A stretch of DNA of 64,000 nt from Vagococcus sp. (GCA_052104115.1 JBQELZ010000007.1:28012-92011), one strand, 5' to 3'; positions 1 through 10,958 are shown, numbered from the stretch's first letter. A program made the numbers and translations. The notes: generated from the letters alone by a model not told the origin.

Positions 1-563
1 GGTTTAATATTCGTTACACGTGAACGAATTGATTTAATTCCTTTTGATTCTATTTTATCTTTTCTCACTTTTAACGCATTCACCACTTCATTGACATCAC
101 TATCAAACATCAATGTGCCATGAGCAAACATGCGACCATTTGTTGAATACATAGCATTACCAGAGAATTTTTTGCCATCAATAATCAAGTCGTTACGACC
201 TTTAAGCTCAGCTCCTTCAACTCCCATATCGTGAAGAGCATCAATAATAGGTTGAGTGACCTTACCAAAATTTCTAAATGAATTGCCATCATCTGGCATA
301 ATGAAACTAAAGTTTAAGTTTCCAAAATCATGGTATACTGCTCCTCCTCCACTCAATCTTCTAACCACATGAATCCCTGCTTGTTCAACGTAATCAGTGT
401 TAATTTCTTCTATCGTATTTTGATTACGCCCAATGATAATCGATGGTTCATTGATATAAAATAATAAAATTGGTTCCTCTACTGGCATCTCTTGAACTAG
501 ATAAGTTTCAATGGCTAAGTTAATACGTGGATCTGTTATTTCTTCATTTGATACAAAAATCAT
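1..563 (-). CDS. lplA: Lipoate-protein ligase A (3' end runs off the window)
   Basis: Manual translation from ATG at 563: MIFVSNEEITDPRINLAIETYL...IIIGRNQN...VVRRLSGGGAVYHDFGNLNFSF, the hallmark LplA motifs. Not in the ORF track because it is truncated. Confidence 0.93.
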   Translation of the reverse strand, partial: MIFVSNEEITDPRINLAIETYLVQEMPVEEPILLFYINEPSIIIGRNQNTIEEINTDYVEQAGIHVVRRLSGGGAVYHDFGNLNFSFIMPDDGNSFRNFGKVTQPIIDALHDMGVEGAELKGRNDLIIDGKKFSGNAMYSTNGRMFAHGTLMFDSDVNEVVNALKVRKDKIESKGIKSIRSRVTNIK

Positions 564-576
564 GTGATGAACACCC

Positions 577-1317
577 CTATATATTAATTTTTAAATGTGT
601 TTTAGCTAACTGACACTTTATTTTACCGTTTAAAGACGATTCTGTCTGCTTTTTTAATTCAACCAAATCAACTTGCTGATTCAAATGACTCAATACGACG
701 TGTTTCACGTTAGCCTTTCTTGCGAGTATCCCTGTTTCTTTAGATGTTAAGTGAGCTTTATGTTGCTCATGTCCTTCCAAAAAATAGGTGTCTGTTATGA
801 GCAAATCAGCCTGTTGACAGAACTCACTTAACGCTTCAAAATAACCCGTATCAGCAGTAAACACAAACACTTTTCCTGTATGTCTTTCTAAAATTCTCAT
901 CGCATAACAAGGTACAGGATGTACCGTTTTTATGAAAGTAATATCAAATGGGCCAACACGTAACAACTCATTTGGATCATATGCTTTTCCAACAGAGACA
1001 CCTGGCATCGTCAACGCATTAAAGTGCCAATCATCCTCTGTATGGCCATAAATAGGTAACGGATTTACGACGTGTTCTCGATGTTTTAATTGTCTTAAAT
1101 ACTGTAGAACGCCTAAATCTGCTATATGGTCATGATGATAATGTGTTAGTATCACAGCATCTAATAACAATGGGTCCAAGTAGGATTCTAATTGAATTAA
1201 CGTGCTACTTCCAACATCCAACAACAACGAATAGCCTGCTGATTGAACTAAGTATGACGTTGTTCCTTCCCCATTAAAAGGAAAGCCTCCCCAGTATCCT
1301 AATACGGTTACATCCAT
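577..1317 (-). CDS. MBL-fold metallo-hydrolase (YhfI/RNase Z-like)
   Basis: THYHHDHIAD (HxHxDH) motif, TVHPVPC, FTADTG and LSHL. Start placed at MDVTVLG (1317) behind an AAGGGG RBS. Confidence 0.85.
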   Translation of the reverse strand: MDVTVLGYWGGFPFNGEGTTSYLVQSAGYSLLLDVGSSTLIQLESYLDPLLLDAVILTHYHHDHIADLGVLQYLRQLKHREHVVNPLPIYGHTEDDWHFNALTMPGVSVGKAYDPNELLRVGPFDITFIKTVHPVPCYAMRILERHTGKVFVFTADTGYFEALSEFCQQADLLITDTYFLEGHEQHKAHLTSKETGILARKANVKHVVLSHLNQQVDLVELKKQTESSLNGKIKCQLAKTHLKINI

Positions 1318-1530
1318 TATCGTATCCCCTTTCATTCCAACTGTATGTACTCTTATACTCTACTTCTAGTTGACTAAATACACAATATTTTATGACTATT
1401 TTCTATGTTTTTTAGCACGTCTCTCTATTTATCGTGTTTTTATAAACAATTTTGTTTTTTGTAAACCATTATATCTTTGTCCCCTTTTATCAGATATAAT
1501 ACGTTTAGCTAATTTAAAGGAGGACCTATT

Positions 1531-2232
1531 ATGAAAAAAACACAACGTATTATAGGTGTCATGATAGCTGTTATTTTCTTACTTAGTGCATGTGGCTCTA
1601 AAAGACCAGAACCTACTGAAGCGGCGACAGTATTTATGAATGCTGAGTTCTATCAAAAAGATAGCGACTCGTATGAAAGCATCTTTGGAGAATCTTTAGA
1701 CACCAGTACAGACACACTAAAAAAAGAGTTTACTGCTATTATTAAACCATTCAGATTATCAAAAGAAGTCACAGACAACCTATTTGCAGATATATTAACA
1801 GCCTTAAAAGAAAACACATCTTTTAAAGTTGGCGAACCAAATGAACAAAAAGACACTACCACAATCCCTATTGAAGTATATGGCATTGACCAAAATGATT
1901 TTAGAAAAAAATTAACGAGCATTTCTGAAAAAGAAATGATTACAGAACTAAAACATGCTGGAGTTACTATCAATAGCATGAGCGATTTAACCACTCTATC
2001 CGATTTAGATGCTATTAATAAAGCCGATAAAGTTCTGTCAGAGCCTGATACTATGAAAAAGATCCTAGAGAGAGTTCTAGTCGATGCTTTTTCTCAAACC
2101 ATTCAATCAGATACTCCTAATAGCGTCACGTTAACACTTAAACCAAATGATACCAATAAAAAGCAATGGACTGTTGTAGACAGACAACAAACCATTGAGG
2201 CAATCAGTACTGCGCTTATCCCAACTAAATAA
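1531..2232 (+). CDS. Lipoprotein (DUF5105-like)
   Basis: GGAGG RBS; basic N-terminus, hydrophobic stretch and lipobox LSAC. DUF assignment from recalled similarity only. Confidence 0.7.
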   Translation: MKKTQRIIGVMIAVIFLLSACGSKRPEPTEAATVFMNAEFYQKDSDSYESIFGESLDTSTDTLKKEFTAIIKPFRLSKEVTDNLFADILTALKENTSFKVGEPNEQKDTTTIPIEVYGIDQNDFRKKLTSISEKEMITELKHAGVTINSMSDLTTLSDLDAINKADKVLSEPDTMKKILERVLVDAFSQTIQSDTPNSVTLTLKPNDTNKKQWTVVDRQQTIEAISTALIPTK

Positions 2233-2268
2233 AAAAAGAGTGTCATCAAAAATGATGACACTCTTTTT
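2230..2268. terminator. Bidirectional intrinsic terminator
   Basis: AAAAAAGAGTGTCATC-AAAAAT-GATGACACTCTTTTTT between convergent genes. Confidence 0.85.
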
Positions 2269-3362
2269 TAAAAGAATCTTAACTCATTTACTTTCTCTAC
2301 ATCCAATCGTTTCACGACTTCTGTTACTAATTTAACCGTATTTAAATAGTCATCTTCATGGATAATCGACGTATGAGAATGTAGGTAGCGTGTTGCCACT
2401 GTTATCGCAAGAGCTGGCACACCATCTCTCGTTAAATGTTGGACACCAGCATCTGTCCCACCACCTGTAATAACTGTATATTGGAACGGAATATCCATAT
2501 CCTCAGCGACTTCAATCACAAAATCACGTAATTTTTTATGTGGAATCATAGACGCATCAAAAATAATAATTTGTGGTCCTTTTCCTAAAACAGAATCTGC
2601 TTCTTTTGGTGTCATTCCTGGTGTATCACCTGCTGTACCTGTATCTAATGCAAAGGCTATATCAGGATTAACTAAGTGCGTACTTGTTCGAGCACCACGT
2701 AAACCTACTTCTTCTTGCACATTACTTCCCGCAAATAATACATTAGGATGTCCATCTTTTGCTAAATTTTCTAACACTTTTAGAGAGACTGCTGTTCCAA
2801 TTCTATTATCCCATGCTTTCGCTAACAAATATTTTGAGCCATTTAACCGTTGGTACTCAATAAATGGTGTTATCATGTCACCAGGTTTTATTCCCCACTC
2901 AGTGGCTTCTTCCAGGCTTGTGGCACCGATGTCAACAAACATATCTGCAATATCGTATGGTTTTTTACGCGCTTCTTGTGATAATACATGAGGTGGTTTT
3001 GACCCAATTACTCCATGTATTTCCTTTCCTTTACTTGTTGTAATAGTCACTTGTTGAGCAAGCATCACTTGTCCCCACCAACCACCTAGTGTTTGGAATT
3101 CAATAAACCCTTTTTCTGTTACTTTCGTTACCATGAAACCCACTTCATCCATATGACCTGATATTAAAACCTTAGGACCTTCTTTATCTCCTATATGACG
3201 AGCATTAATACCACCTAATCCATCATAAAGAATTTTATCCGCATGAGGTTCTGCATATTTTTTAAAAATAGCTCGTACTTGGTCCTCATTACCAGGAACT
3301 CCCTTAGCATCTGTTAATTCTTTTAAAAATAGTTCTTCTTGTTTATCTAACACTCTCTTCAC
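2268..3362 (-). CDS. M42 family metallo-aminopeptidase
   Basis: [31 protein letters not shown] and RYLHSH motifs. Confidence 0.93.
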   Translation of the reverse strand: MKRVLDKQEELFLKELTDAKGVPGNEDQVRAIFKKYAEPHADKILYDGLGGINARHIGDKEGPKVLISGHMDEVGFMVTKVTEKGFIEFQTLGGWWGQVMLAQQVTITTSKGKEIHGVIGSKPPHVLSQEARKKPYDIADMFVDIGATSLEEATEWGIKPGDMITPFIEYQRLNGSKYLLAKAWDNRIGTAVSLKVLENLAKDGHPNVLFAGSNVQEEVGLRGARTSTHLVNPDIAFALDTGTAGDTPGMTPKEADSVLGKGPQIIIFDASMIPHKKLRDFVIEVAEDMDIPFQYTVITGGGTDAGVQHLTRDGVPALAITVATRYLHSHTSIIHEDDYLNTVKLVTEVVKRLDVEKVNELRFF

Positions 3363-3414
3363 CCCTAATAATAATCTACTAATAAGTATAGCATTAAATC
3401 ATTTGTTTACACAC

Positions 3415-6012
3415 CTATTGCGTTTCTTTTTTTCTAGACATAAAGACACACCCTATAGAAATAAGTAATGTTATGATACTCACACCTACACCAAACCAGA
3501 ATGATTTTGACACATAATTTAACTGGACAGTATGAGCGCCTTCAGTCATATTTATTCCCATAAAATCACCTAATAGAGGAATCGTCTTAACTTTTTTACC
3601 ATCTACTTTGGCAACCCAATTTGAATCATAGGGAATCGACACATATAAAACTGGATGCTCTTTATCAACTGTTACCTGACCTGTCAACGAACCAAAACGT
3701 GTCCATTTCAAGGAAATAGCTTGTGATTGATAGGTAGATAAAACCTCATTAAATCGGTCATCTGATAAACTCATCCATTCTAATCCACGGGTGTCAATAT
3801 CAGCACTCAATGGCATCTCTAAATGTACCTGTTCCCCAGATTGGAACTTCCCTAAATTAAATAATTGATTGGTAATAATAAATAAATCAGACGAAATTTT
3901 GTGGCCATTTACTGACAACCCTTTAACATGATCCCATACTGCTTGTGGCACATATAAATAGGTCATTCCGGTGTGAGTCACTGTTCCCTGTAACGTCAAT
4001 ACATGATCTCTTTGTGTGATATGAATATCAGCCAGCGAATGAAAATACGTGTCATCCTCTTCCAATGGTAGCAAATTTTGCAATACCTTCTCCTGATTCG
4101 CAATCACTTTTTTGGGTTGAAACACCACTTCTTTTAGTGAGTCTGGTGCCAAAAACCCGGCACCAAGTGCTTCTTTATTTTTATAAATGGTTGTATGATG
4201 TTTATCCTCTAACACATCTTTATCTGCTATTTTCTTAGGACTAATCGTATACTTAACATTTAGTAATAAGTTTGCCACCAAGGATTCGTCCACATAAGAA
4301 AAGCGTCGTTCATTTTTCCCATATAATCCAAGTTCTACCAACGTATCTTGCACAGTTGCATCTAATGTTGAGGTATAGCTAGAAACACCTGGATAGCCAA
4401 ATAACAGCGGGTTATTATACCCATTATTTATTTCGCTGTATCCAGCTTTATTCCAATCTATTTTTTGATTAATCCTAAATAACTCATCTTGACCACATGA
4501 TAAATCTTTTAATATAGCAGATTGGCTTTTGTACATGTCAGCGTACTGAATTTGATTGCCAAAGGGAATATCTTTCATTGAAATCCATAAATTCAATCCT
4601 AACTCTGTGGATACAAATAAAAGAAGTATCACTTTCAATGTTTGACTATCTCTTAAAATGCTAATTCTAAACAAGCCAATCATGAGCCAAATAATGGCCA
4701 CCGATAACACATAATAGGTATTTGATAATAGATAACTTTCTTTGGCATGGTTGATTAAAAAAAACTGACCGATACTTAATAGCACCGTATACACAACACC
4801 TGCTAACATCAATTTTTTTCCAATCAATTGATGATTTTCATGCTCTTTCGCGTATAAATATGTTTCATAAGCCAATTTGATTAACAGGAAACTAAAAATA
4901 AACGCATTTCTATAAGGAAATCCTGCTGGACTTTGGAACATGTGCCACACGGTATTAATCACTTCAAAAAAGAAACTAAAATAAATAAAAATTAATAATC
5001 CAGCCATGGCTTTTTTCTTTTTATGAGGAACATTGGGTAACGTAAAGTAAACAAATGCTAACAACCAAATAAAAATACCTGAGTAAATCATTGGTAGGTG
5101 GTCCAATCGTATGTCATAATTGACGGTTCCTAATCCCATCTGTGAGAATACTTCTAATCCAAACCTAGGTACGGGCATAAAATCTTGCATATGAAAACTA
5201 GATTTTCCTGTTTCAAGCATCCCTAATATAGCTGGTATTAACATAAAACTTGTGGATAAACCTGTTAACAAGGATGTCACTAAAAACAATTGCCATTTTT
5301 TTATAACGGTTAAAGCAGAGTGTTTCCCTGATTCTCTATCATGCAAATAATATAAGAACACGCTATATCCCACTGCAAATATGCACACCATATAACCTAA
5401 ATAATAATTTGTTAAGATAGATAAAAACAAAGTCACAGCATATAAGCCATATCTTTGCTGTTTCCATAATCTCTCTAACCCCAATACTAACAATGGAAAT
5501 AAGATCAGGACATCAAGCCACATAAAATTTAGTAAGTACACAACGACAAACCCACAAAAACTATACGCTACAGAAAAAGCATAAGTCATGCCATCTGATT
5601 TTTGATAATGTTTGTCTAAATAATAATACATAGTCGTACTCATGCTGGCTATTTTTACTGTAATCATTAACAACACCGCTAAAGGCAATTGTTCATACGG
5701 AAACATCAATGAGATAAAATTAAACGGACTCATTAAATAATAGGCAATTGTAGCCTCCATTGGCCCACCTATACCATTTGAAAAAGAATAAAGGCTTTCT
5801 CCACCTTCTATAAAAAAACGTTTAAACTCTGTTAAAAATGGTAGATACTGACTACCTAAATCACTGACCAATAAATTAAGATGACCAAATGGCGCTAACC
5901 CAAGACTCATCCACACCACTACCATTATCAAACAAGGTAGTAAAAAACTGATAAGATACCTCAATCCATTATTTTTAATGCTCTTTTTTGTTATCATGGT
6001 TCTACTTAACAC
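3415..6012 (-). CDS. YfhO-family membrane glycosyltransferase (GT-C, teichoic acid glycosylation-type)
   Basis: 865 aa with many TM helices; SDLGSQYLPF, YYLMSPFN, NFMWLD, GFPYRNAF and C-terminal SIPYDSNW..VDGK motifs typical of YfhO. Confidence 0.85.
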   Translation of the reverse strand: MLSRTMITKKSIKNNGLRYLISFLLPCLIMVVVWMSLGLAPFGHLNLLVSDLGSQYLPFLTEFKRFFIEGGESLYSFSNGIGGPMEATIAYYLMSPFNFISLMFPYEQLPLAVLLMITVKIASMSTTMYYYLDKHYQKSDGMTYAFSVAYSFCGFVVVYLLNFMWLDVLILFPLLVLGLERLWKQQRYGLYAVTLFLSILTNYYLGYMVCIFAVGYSVFLYYLHDRESGKHSALTVIKKWQLFLVTSLLTGLSTSFMLIPAILGMLETGKSSFHMQDFMPVPRFGLEVFSQMGLGTVNYDIRLDHLPMIYSGIFIWLLAFVYFTLPNVPHKKKKAMAGLLIFIYFSFFFEVINTVWHMFQSPAGFPYRNAFIFSFLLIKLAYETYLYAKEHENHQLIGKKLMLAGVVYTVLLSIGQFFLINHAKESYLLSNTYYVLSVAIIWLMIGLFRISILRDSQTLKVILLLFVSTELGLNLWISMKDIPFGNQIQYADMYKSQSAILKDLSCGQDELFRINQKIDWNKAGYSEINNGYNNPLLFGYPGVSSYTSTLDATVQDTLVELGLYGKNERRFSYVDESLVANLLLNVKYTISPKKIADKDVLEDKHHTTIYKNKEALGAGFLAPDSLKEVVFQPKKVIANQEKVLQNLLPLEEDDTYFHSLADIHITQRDHVLTLQGTVTHTGMTYLYVPQAVWDHVKGLSVNGHKISSDLFIITNQLFNLGKFQSGEQVHLEMPLSADIDTRGLEWMSLSDDRFNEVLSTYQSQAISLKWTRFGSLTGQVTVDKEHPVLYVSIPYDSNWVAKVDGKKVKTIPLLGDFMGINMTEGAHTVQLNYVSKSFWFGVGVSIITLLISIGCVFMSRKKETQ

Positions 6013-6136
6013 CTTAACTCTCTTTATTAATAAATAATATCATCACTAAGATTACCTACTTTTATTTAAAAAAGCAATTTTTTCTATAAAAAAAACATAT
6101 TATCCAATGTTATGGATAATATGTACACAAAACATG

Positions 6137-8227
6137 TCATTTAGACTGCGTAATGATTTTATTGTACGAGGAGGATGTAGCAAAATAAAACATCACATAA
6201 ATTAGAATCAATAATAAAACAGAAACATATGTAAAGAATAAATTTAATTTACTTGTTATTGCAAAAAATACTTCTAAAGCTAACACTGCATGCCAAACAC
6301 CGACTCCTAACGGAACAAAAAAGATGACAAAATTTTGTTTGTAAATACTTTTGGCAATCATTTGTTTGGGAACACCTATTTTTTTAAGCATACTATATCG
6401 ATACTTTTCATCTTCTGCTTCTGATAATTGTTTAAGTGTAATCATGCTTCCTGTAGCAATCATAAAAACTAATCCTAGAAACATTGCCACGTAAATCAAT
6501 AGTCCTATTAACGTTCGTATTTCTTTACTAAAACTATACCTGTCACTAAATCCTTGTGGCCCAGACATAAAATTCATGGATTGATATCCTTTACCAATTG
6601 CTGCAACATCATTTCCATCAATGTCTTCAACCTTATACGTCATTTTACCGTTTTCTTCTTCAGTTTTCGCAATATAATAATCATCCACTTTGGTATACGG
6701 AGACATTTTTTTTAACATAAGTTCAGCTAAGTCATCATTCGTATCAGACTCTTTCACATTTACTAAGTGATAACTACATTCTCTAACTCCTTCTAATTCT
6801 TGGTATAACGCATCAGATACAATCATCCCTTTTCTAGCAATCCTCATATCCGCTCCGTTTCCTAAAGAATCATCCATAATATCCATCACATGAACATTTC
6901 CCACATTACCTAATATAGCCTTTTTATCAAATGTTATGGCTCCATTTAAATAGGTCTGATTGCTGTCTCCAAAGAGTATAACATCATTTCTATGCTTCAA
7001 CTCAATAGGAGAGAGATTTTTAACCACTTTATTAGCACCTTCGTAATTACTTTTAGAGATGACACTATAAAATTGACCATCGTTAAAGTAAATGTTGTTA
7101 ACTGTATAGCCAAACTTAAGTCCAACTAATTTAAATTCTATCTTATAATCCGATTCCTTCTCTATGTGCTCTTCCTCCAGAGTCGCCATTAACTCATCAT
7201 AATACACACTTCTCACTGCATATGATGCAGGATAATTCCTATCAATAATTTCAGTTTTATAAGAATATAAAGACGCTGCTCCACCAATTGCAGACAACGC
7301 GCCCCCTAATAATATAGAGATAGTCGCAAATGTTTTCCCATTTTTTTTAAGATGGAAATTCAAATTTCCAATAGTAATCATATTAATTTGATGATAGTAA
7401 TAATTATTTCTTCCTTTAATAAACTGAAGCGCAATTACCAAAAATTGACTAAAAAATAAATACGTACCTACAACTCCAAGAACAAGAATAAAAACAGGTC
7501 CTACTACTAACCCAATTCCTACCGCATGAAACACATCGTCTAAAACAATAATGAATCTCATAAAATGCGTAGCCAAATACCATTCAGCTAATAAACACAC
7601 TATACCTATTAGACCAAAAAACCATGTCACAAAAGTTACTGACTGAGTCCCTTCCATGCGTTCATTTGCCTTAAATAAATCAATAAGTTGGTACTTATAG
7701 ACGACACTCGCTGTTCGAAATGATACCACCACTAATAATAGTATAAAAAATAAAATCGTTTGAAACACAATCTCCCAAGAAAAAATAAAGCTAGTTTCTA
7801 CATTTATTTTAATTATTTTTAACAGCACCATGGCGAATAGCTTAGAAAAGGCTGTCCCTAAAATAATACCTGTTAACAGTGCCAACGAACCTAATAACAT
7901 ATTTTCAGCAAAAAACATACGACCTATTTGTCTTTTTCTCATACCCAATAAGCTGTATAAACCTATTTCTCGCTTTCGCCTCTTAATAAAAAAATGATTC
8001 GCAGAAAACATAAAAACAATAATGAATAAGAAAATCAGCGTACTTCCCATTCCTAATCCAACATTGATACGCAAATCGTTTGAAGCTTGTTTCATTAGTT
8101 CTTTGTCGTGACTCATAGAAGCAAAACTATAATAAATCATCACAGAAAAAGCCATACTAACAAAATACATAAAATAATGGTGGAACTGTGTTTTTACATT
8201 TTTCACAGCTAATTTATATAATCTCAT
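6137..8227 (-). CDS. BceB-like ABC transporter permease (FtsX family) with a large extracellular loop
   Basis: MRLYKLAVKNVK..., KRRKREIGLYSLLGM, KQLSEAEDEKYRYSMLKKIGV. Start at ATG 8227 behind GGGGG. Confidence 0.9.
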   Translation of the reverse strand: MRLYKLAVKNVKTQFHHYFMYFVSMAFSVMIYYSFASMSHDKELMKQASNDLRINVGLGMGSTLIFLFIIVFMFSANHFFIKRRKREIGLYSLLGMRKRQIGRMFFAENMLLGSLALLTGIILGTAFSKLFAMVLLKIIKINVETSFIFSWEIVFQTILFFILLLVVVSFRTASVVYKYQLIDLFKANERMEGTQSVTFVTWFFGLIGIVCLLAEWYLATHFMRFIIVLDDVFHAVGIGLVVGPVFILVLGVVGTYLFFSQFLVIALQFIKGRNNYYYHQINMITIGNLNFHLKKNGKTFATISILLGGALSAIGGAASLYSYKTEIIDRNYPASYAVRSVYYDELMATLEEEHIEKESDYKIEFKLVGLKFGYTVNNIYFNDGQFYSVISKSNYEGANKVVKNLSPIELKHRNDVILFGDSNQTYLNGAITFDKKAILGNVGNVHVMDIMDDSLGNGADMRIARKGMIVSDALYQELEGVRECSYHLVNVKESDTNDDLAELMLKKMSPYTKVDDYYIAKTEEENGKMTYKVEDIDGNDVAAIGKGYQSMNFMSGPQGFSDRYSFSKEIRTLIGLLIYVAMFLGLVFMIATGSMITLKQLSEAEDEKYRYSMLKKIGVPKQMIAKSIYKQNFVIFFVPLGVGVWHAVLALEVFFAITSKLNLFFTYVSVLLLILIYVMFYFATSSSYNKIITQSK

Positions 8228-8981
8228 GGCTCTTGCCCCCACCAATAGCGGCTTGCATGTCTATCACTTTTTGGAAAAATTCTCGTCTATTCCCCTACCT
8301 AAGAATTTCTGAAAAAATAACACCATCTTTAATAAATAAAATACGATTACAATAACTTGCTGTAAAGGCATCATGAGTTACCATCATAATCGTAGCTTGT
8401 TCTTTTTCATTGAGTTGTGATAAATATTGTAATAACTCAGTTGCCGACTTAGAGTCCAAAGATCCTGTAGGCTCGTCTGCTAAAATTAATTTAGGATTTG
8501 TTATCACTGCTCTAGCTGCTGCAACACGTTGCTTTTGACCTATGGAAATTTCTGAGGGGTACGAGTCTAAAAATGACTGTATATTCAATATTGTCGTCAC
8601 ATGTAACAATTTTGTTTCCATTTCACTCACAGACATACCACCTAGTGCAAGCGGTAACAATATATTGTCTTTAATTGTTAAAGAATTCATCAAATTAAAA
8701 TCTTGAAAAATAAAAGACAAATCTCTTCTTCTAAACTCACTTAATTCTTTTTCTTTCATTCTCGTTATATCTTTTTTTCCTACTTTTATGGTGCCAAATG
8801 TTGGTTGGTCAATTGTTGCCAGCATATTCAATAAGGTAGTTTTGCCTGCCCCACTAGGACCCATTATCCCTATAAACTCACCTTTATTAACATTAAATGA
8901 GATATCCTCTAATACTTCAATTGAATTATTTTTTTTCCCATATATTTTAGACAAATGTTCTATTTCAACCATTTTCTCCAT
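8214..8981 (-). pseudogene. BceA-like ABC ATP-binding subunit with a premature in-frame TAG at 8295-8297
   Basis: Walker A GPSGAGKT, ISIGQKQR, ADEPTG, VTHD. After TAG the same frame continues GNRREFFQKVIDMQAAIGGGKSHEII* (TAA 8214-8216), the expected BceA-type C-terminal helix. Confidence 0.8.
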
Positions 8982-9019
8982 ATTTATTACGTCCTTCCAC
9001 GTCTAGTCGCTCACTATTC

Positions 9020-9084
9020 ATTCTATCAATAATGAAATAAAGTTGATAGCTTTTCTAATAATTTCATCCTTACATTATTGTCAC
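9020..9084 (-). promoter_or_regulatory. Promoter of the bceA-like gene with a Bce-type response regulator box
   Basis: Extended -10 TG-A-TAGAAT (hexamer 9025-9020). The minus strand of 9069-9084 reads GTGACA-ATAA-TGTAAG, matching the TNACA-N4-TGTAA consensus of BceR/BraR/GraR-type regulators. Confidence 0.65.
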
Positions 9085-9233
9085 ACTTGCATATCACGCG
9101 TTTTATTTTATACTATAGGTAGAGATATATTGACTTTGCCAATCAAATATATCACTTACATCTAAAGTTATATACAGTATAAAACAAATTTAACAATATT
9201 GGGAATGATACTTACTAAGGGGGATATATAACA

Positions 9234-9907
9234 GTGGTAAAAATTATGATTGTAGAAGATGATGTTACTGTACGTGACCTTATCACAGATTCATTAGAGA
9301 ATTGGGGATTTGAAACTGTGCCAGTCACTGATTTTAAACTAGTTTTAGAACAATTTAAAGAAGAAGAACCTCATCTCGTTCTACTAGATATTACACTACC
9401 TGTATTTGATGGCTATTATTGGTGCCAAAAAATCCGAGAAATTTCAAAAAATCCAATTATCTTTATTTCTAGCCGAAACACAAACATGGATTCTATCATG
9501 TCTATGAATTTAGGTGGCGATGATTTTGTCAACAAACCTTTTTCTATGGACGTACTCATCGCTAAAATCAATGCATTGTTGAGACGAACCTATGATTATT
9601 CGAAACCAGAAGGAGCCTCTTTAGAACACAATGGCCTCCTACTAAATATGGAAAATAGTTCCATGAAAATCAATAATGACATTGTTGATTTAAGTAAAAA
9701 TGAGTTTCAATTGCTTCTTATTCTGATGAAAAGTACCGGAAAAATTATTAGCCGTGAAAAATTACTTAGAAGTTTATGGGACGATGAACGCTTTGTAGAT
9801 GATAATACGCTGACTGTAAACATTAATCGCTTAAGAAAAAAATAGAAGGAGCAGGGATTTCCAACTTTATTGAAACAAAAGTTGGACAAGGTTATACAAT
9901 CCCGTAA
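9234..9907 (+). pseudogene. BceR/GraR-like OmpR-family response regulator, frameshifted near the C-terminus
   Basis: Receiver domain (LLDITLP, GGDDFVNKPF) and winged helix. The A7 run at 9836-9842 gives TAG after NRLRKK; one more A gives IEGAGISNFIETKVGQGYTIP* ending at 9907. Confidence 0.8.
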
Positions 9908-9911
9908 AAAA

Positions 9912-10958
9912 ATGACATTCTTATACTATTTAAAAGATCAGTTACGACTTATTTTATTATGGTTCGTGTTTATTTTTCTCACAGCGTTTATTTTATGGCT
10001 AACACCAAACGTTTCCTTAAACAGTCGGTCATTAATATACATTTGTTTTCTCGGCTTCCTTTTATTGATGATTCATCTTGTATTTGAATACGTTAGGAAG
10101 AAAAAATGGTGGGCATGCCTAGAAAAAAACCACACAGCGGCACATATCACACCTAAATTGGATTCAGCTGATACACAAGAAGAATTACTATACCAAAACT
10201 ACTTTAACGAGTTGCACCAAGAACATTTCATTCTAATGAATGAGATAAAAAAACATGCTCAAGAACAAAAAGACTATATTGATAGTTGGGTGCATGAAAT
10301 AAAAATACCACTTTCTTCACTCAACCTAATTAGTGAGGTGATTGAGGATGACATTAGTGAAAAACGATTCAATCAACTGACTGACAATTTACAACGAATT
10401 GATGACTATGTTGAACAAGTCATGTATTATTCCAGATTAGATGATTTTTCTAAAGACTATCTCATCCATTCCTATTCACTAAAAAAAGTCGTTCAAAAAA
10501 CAGTGAAACAGCACGCTAATCAGTTTATTAAAAAAGGCATTCGATTCAGTATGACGGGAGACGACTATTTCATCCTAACCGATGAAAAATGGCTTCAATT
10601 CATTCTCAATCAACTTATCAGCAATGCGGTTAAATACACACCAGATGGTGGCTCTATCTCAGTACATCTTAAAAAGAACTCTTTAGGCGTGTGGCTAAGT
10701 ATTACTGACACTGGTATTGGTATTCCTTTTGAAGATATCCAACGTGTCTTTGACAAAGGGTTTACTGGTAACAATGGTCGGAATGAGGAAGTCAATTCAA
10801 CTGGTTTAGGCTTATACCTTGCTAAAAACTTAACTGAAAAGCTAGGCCACCAGATGTACGTGGTCTCAGTCGTTGATGAAGGGACAACCTTTCAAATTCT
10901 CTTTCCCCACCTCAATTACTATTCAGATGGATCAGATGAAACGTTTATTATCGCTTAA
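9912..10958 (+). CDS. BceS/GraS-like intramembrane-sensing histidine kinase
   Basis: Two adjacent TM helices with no sensor loop; WVHEIKIP H-box, NAVKYT, DTGIGI, GFTG, GLGLYL. Start at MTFLYYLKDQ, just after the restored regulator stop. Confidence 0.9.
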   Translation: MTFLYYLKDQLRLILLWFVFIFLTAFILWLTPNVSLNSRSLIYICFLGFLLLMIHLVFEYVRKKKWWACLEKNHTAAHITPKLDSADTQEELLYQNYFNELHQEHFILMNEIKKHAQEQKDYIDSWVHEIKIPLSSLNLISEVIEDDISEKRFNQLTDNLQRIDDYVEQVMYYSRLDDFSKDYLIHSYSLKKVVQKTVKQHANQFIKKGIRFSMTGDDYFILTDEKWLQFILNQLISNAVKYTPDGGSISVHLKKNSLGVWLSITDTGIGIPFEDIQRVFDKGFTGNNGRNEEVNSTGLGLYLAKNLTEKLGHQMYVVSVVDEGTTFQILFPHLNYYSDGSDETFIIA

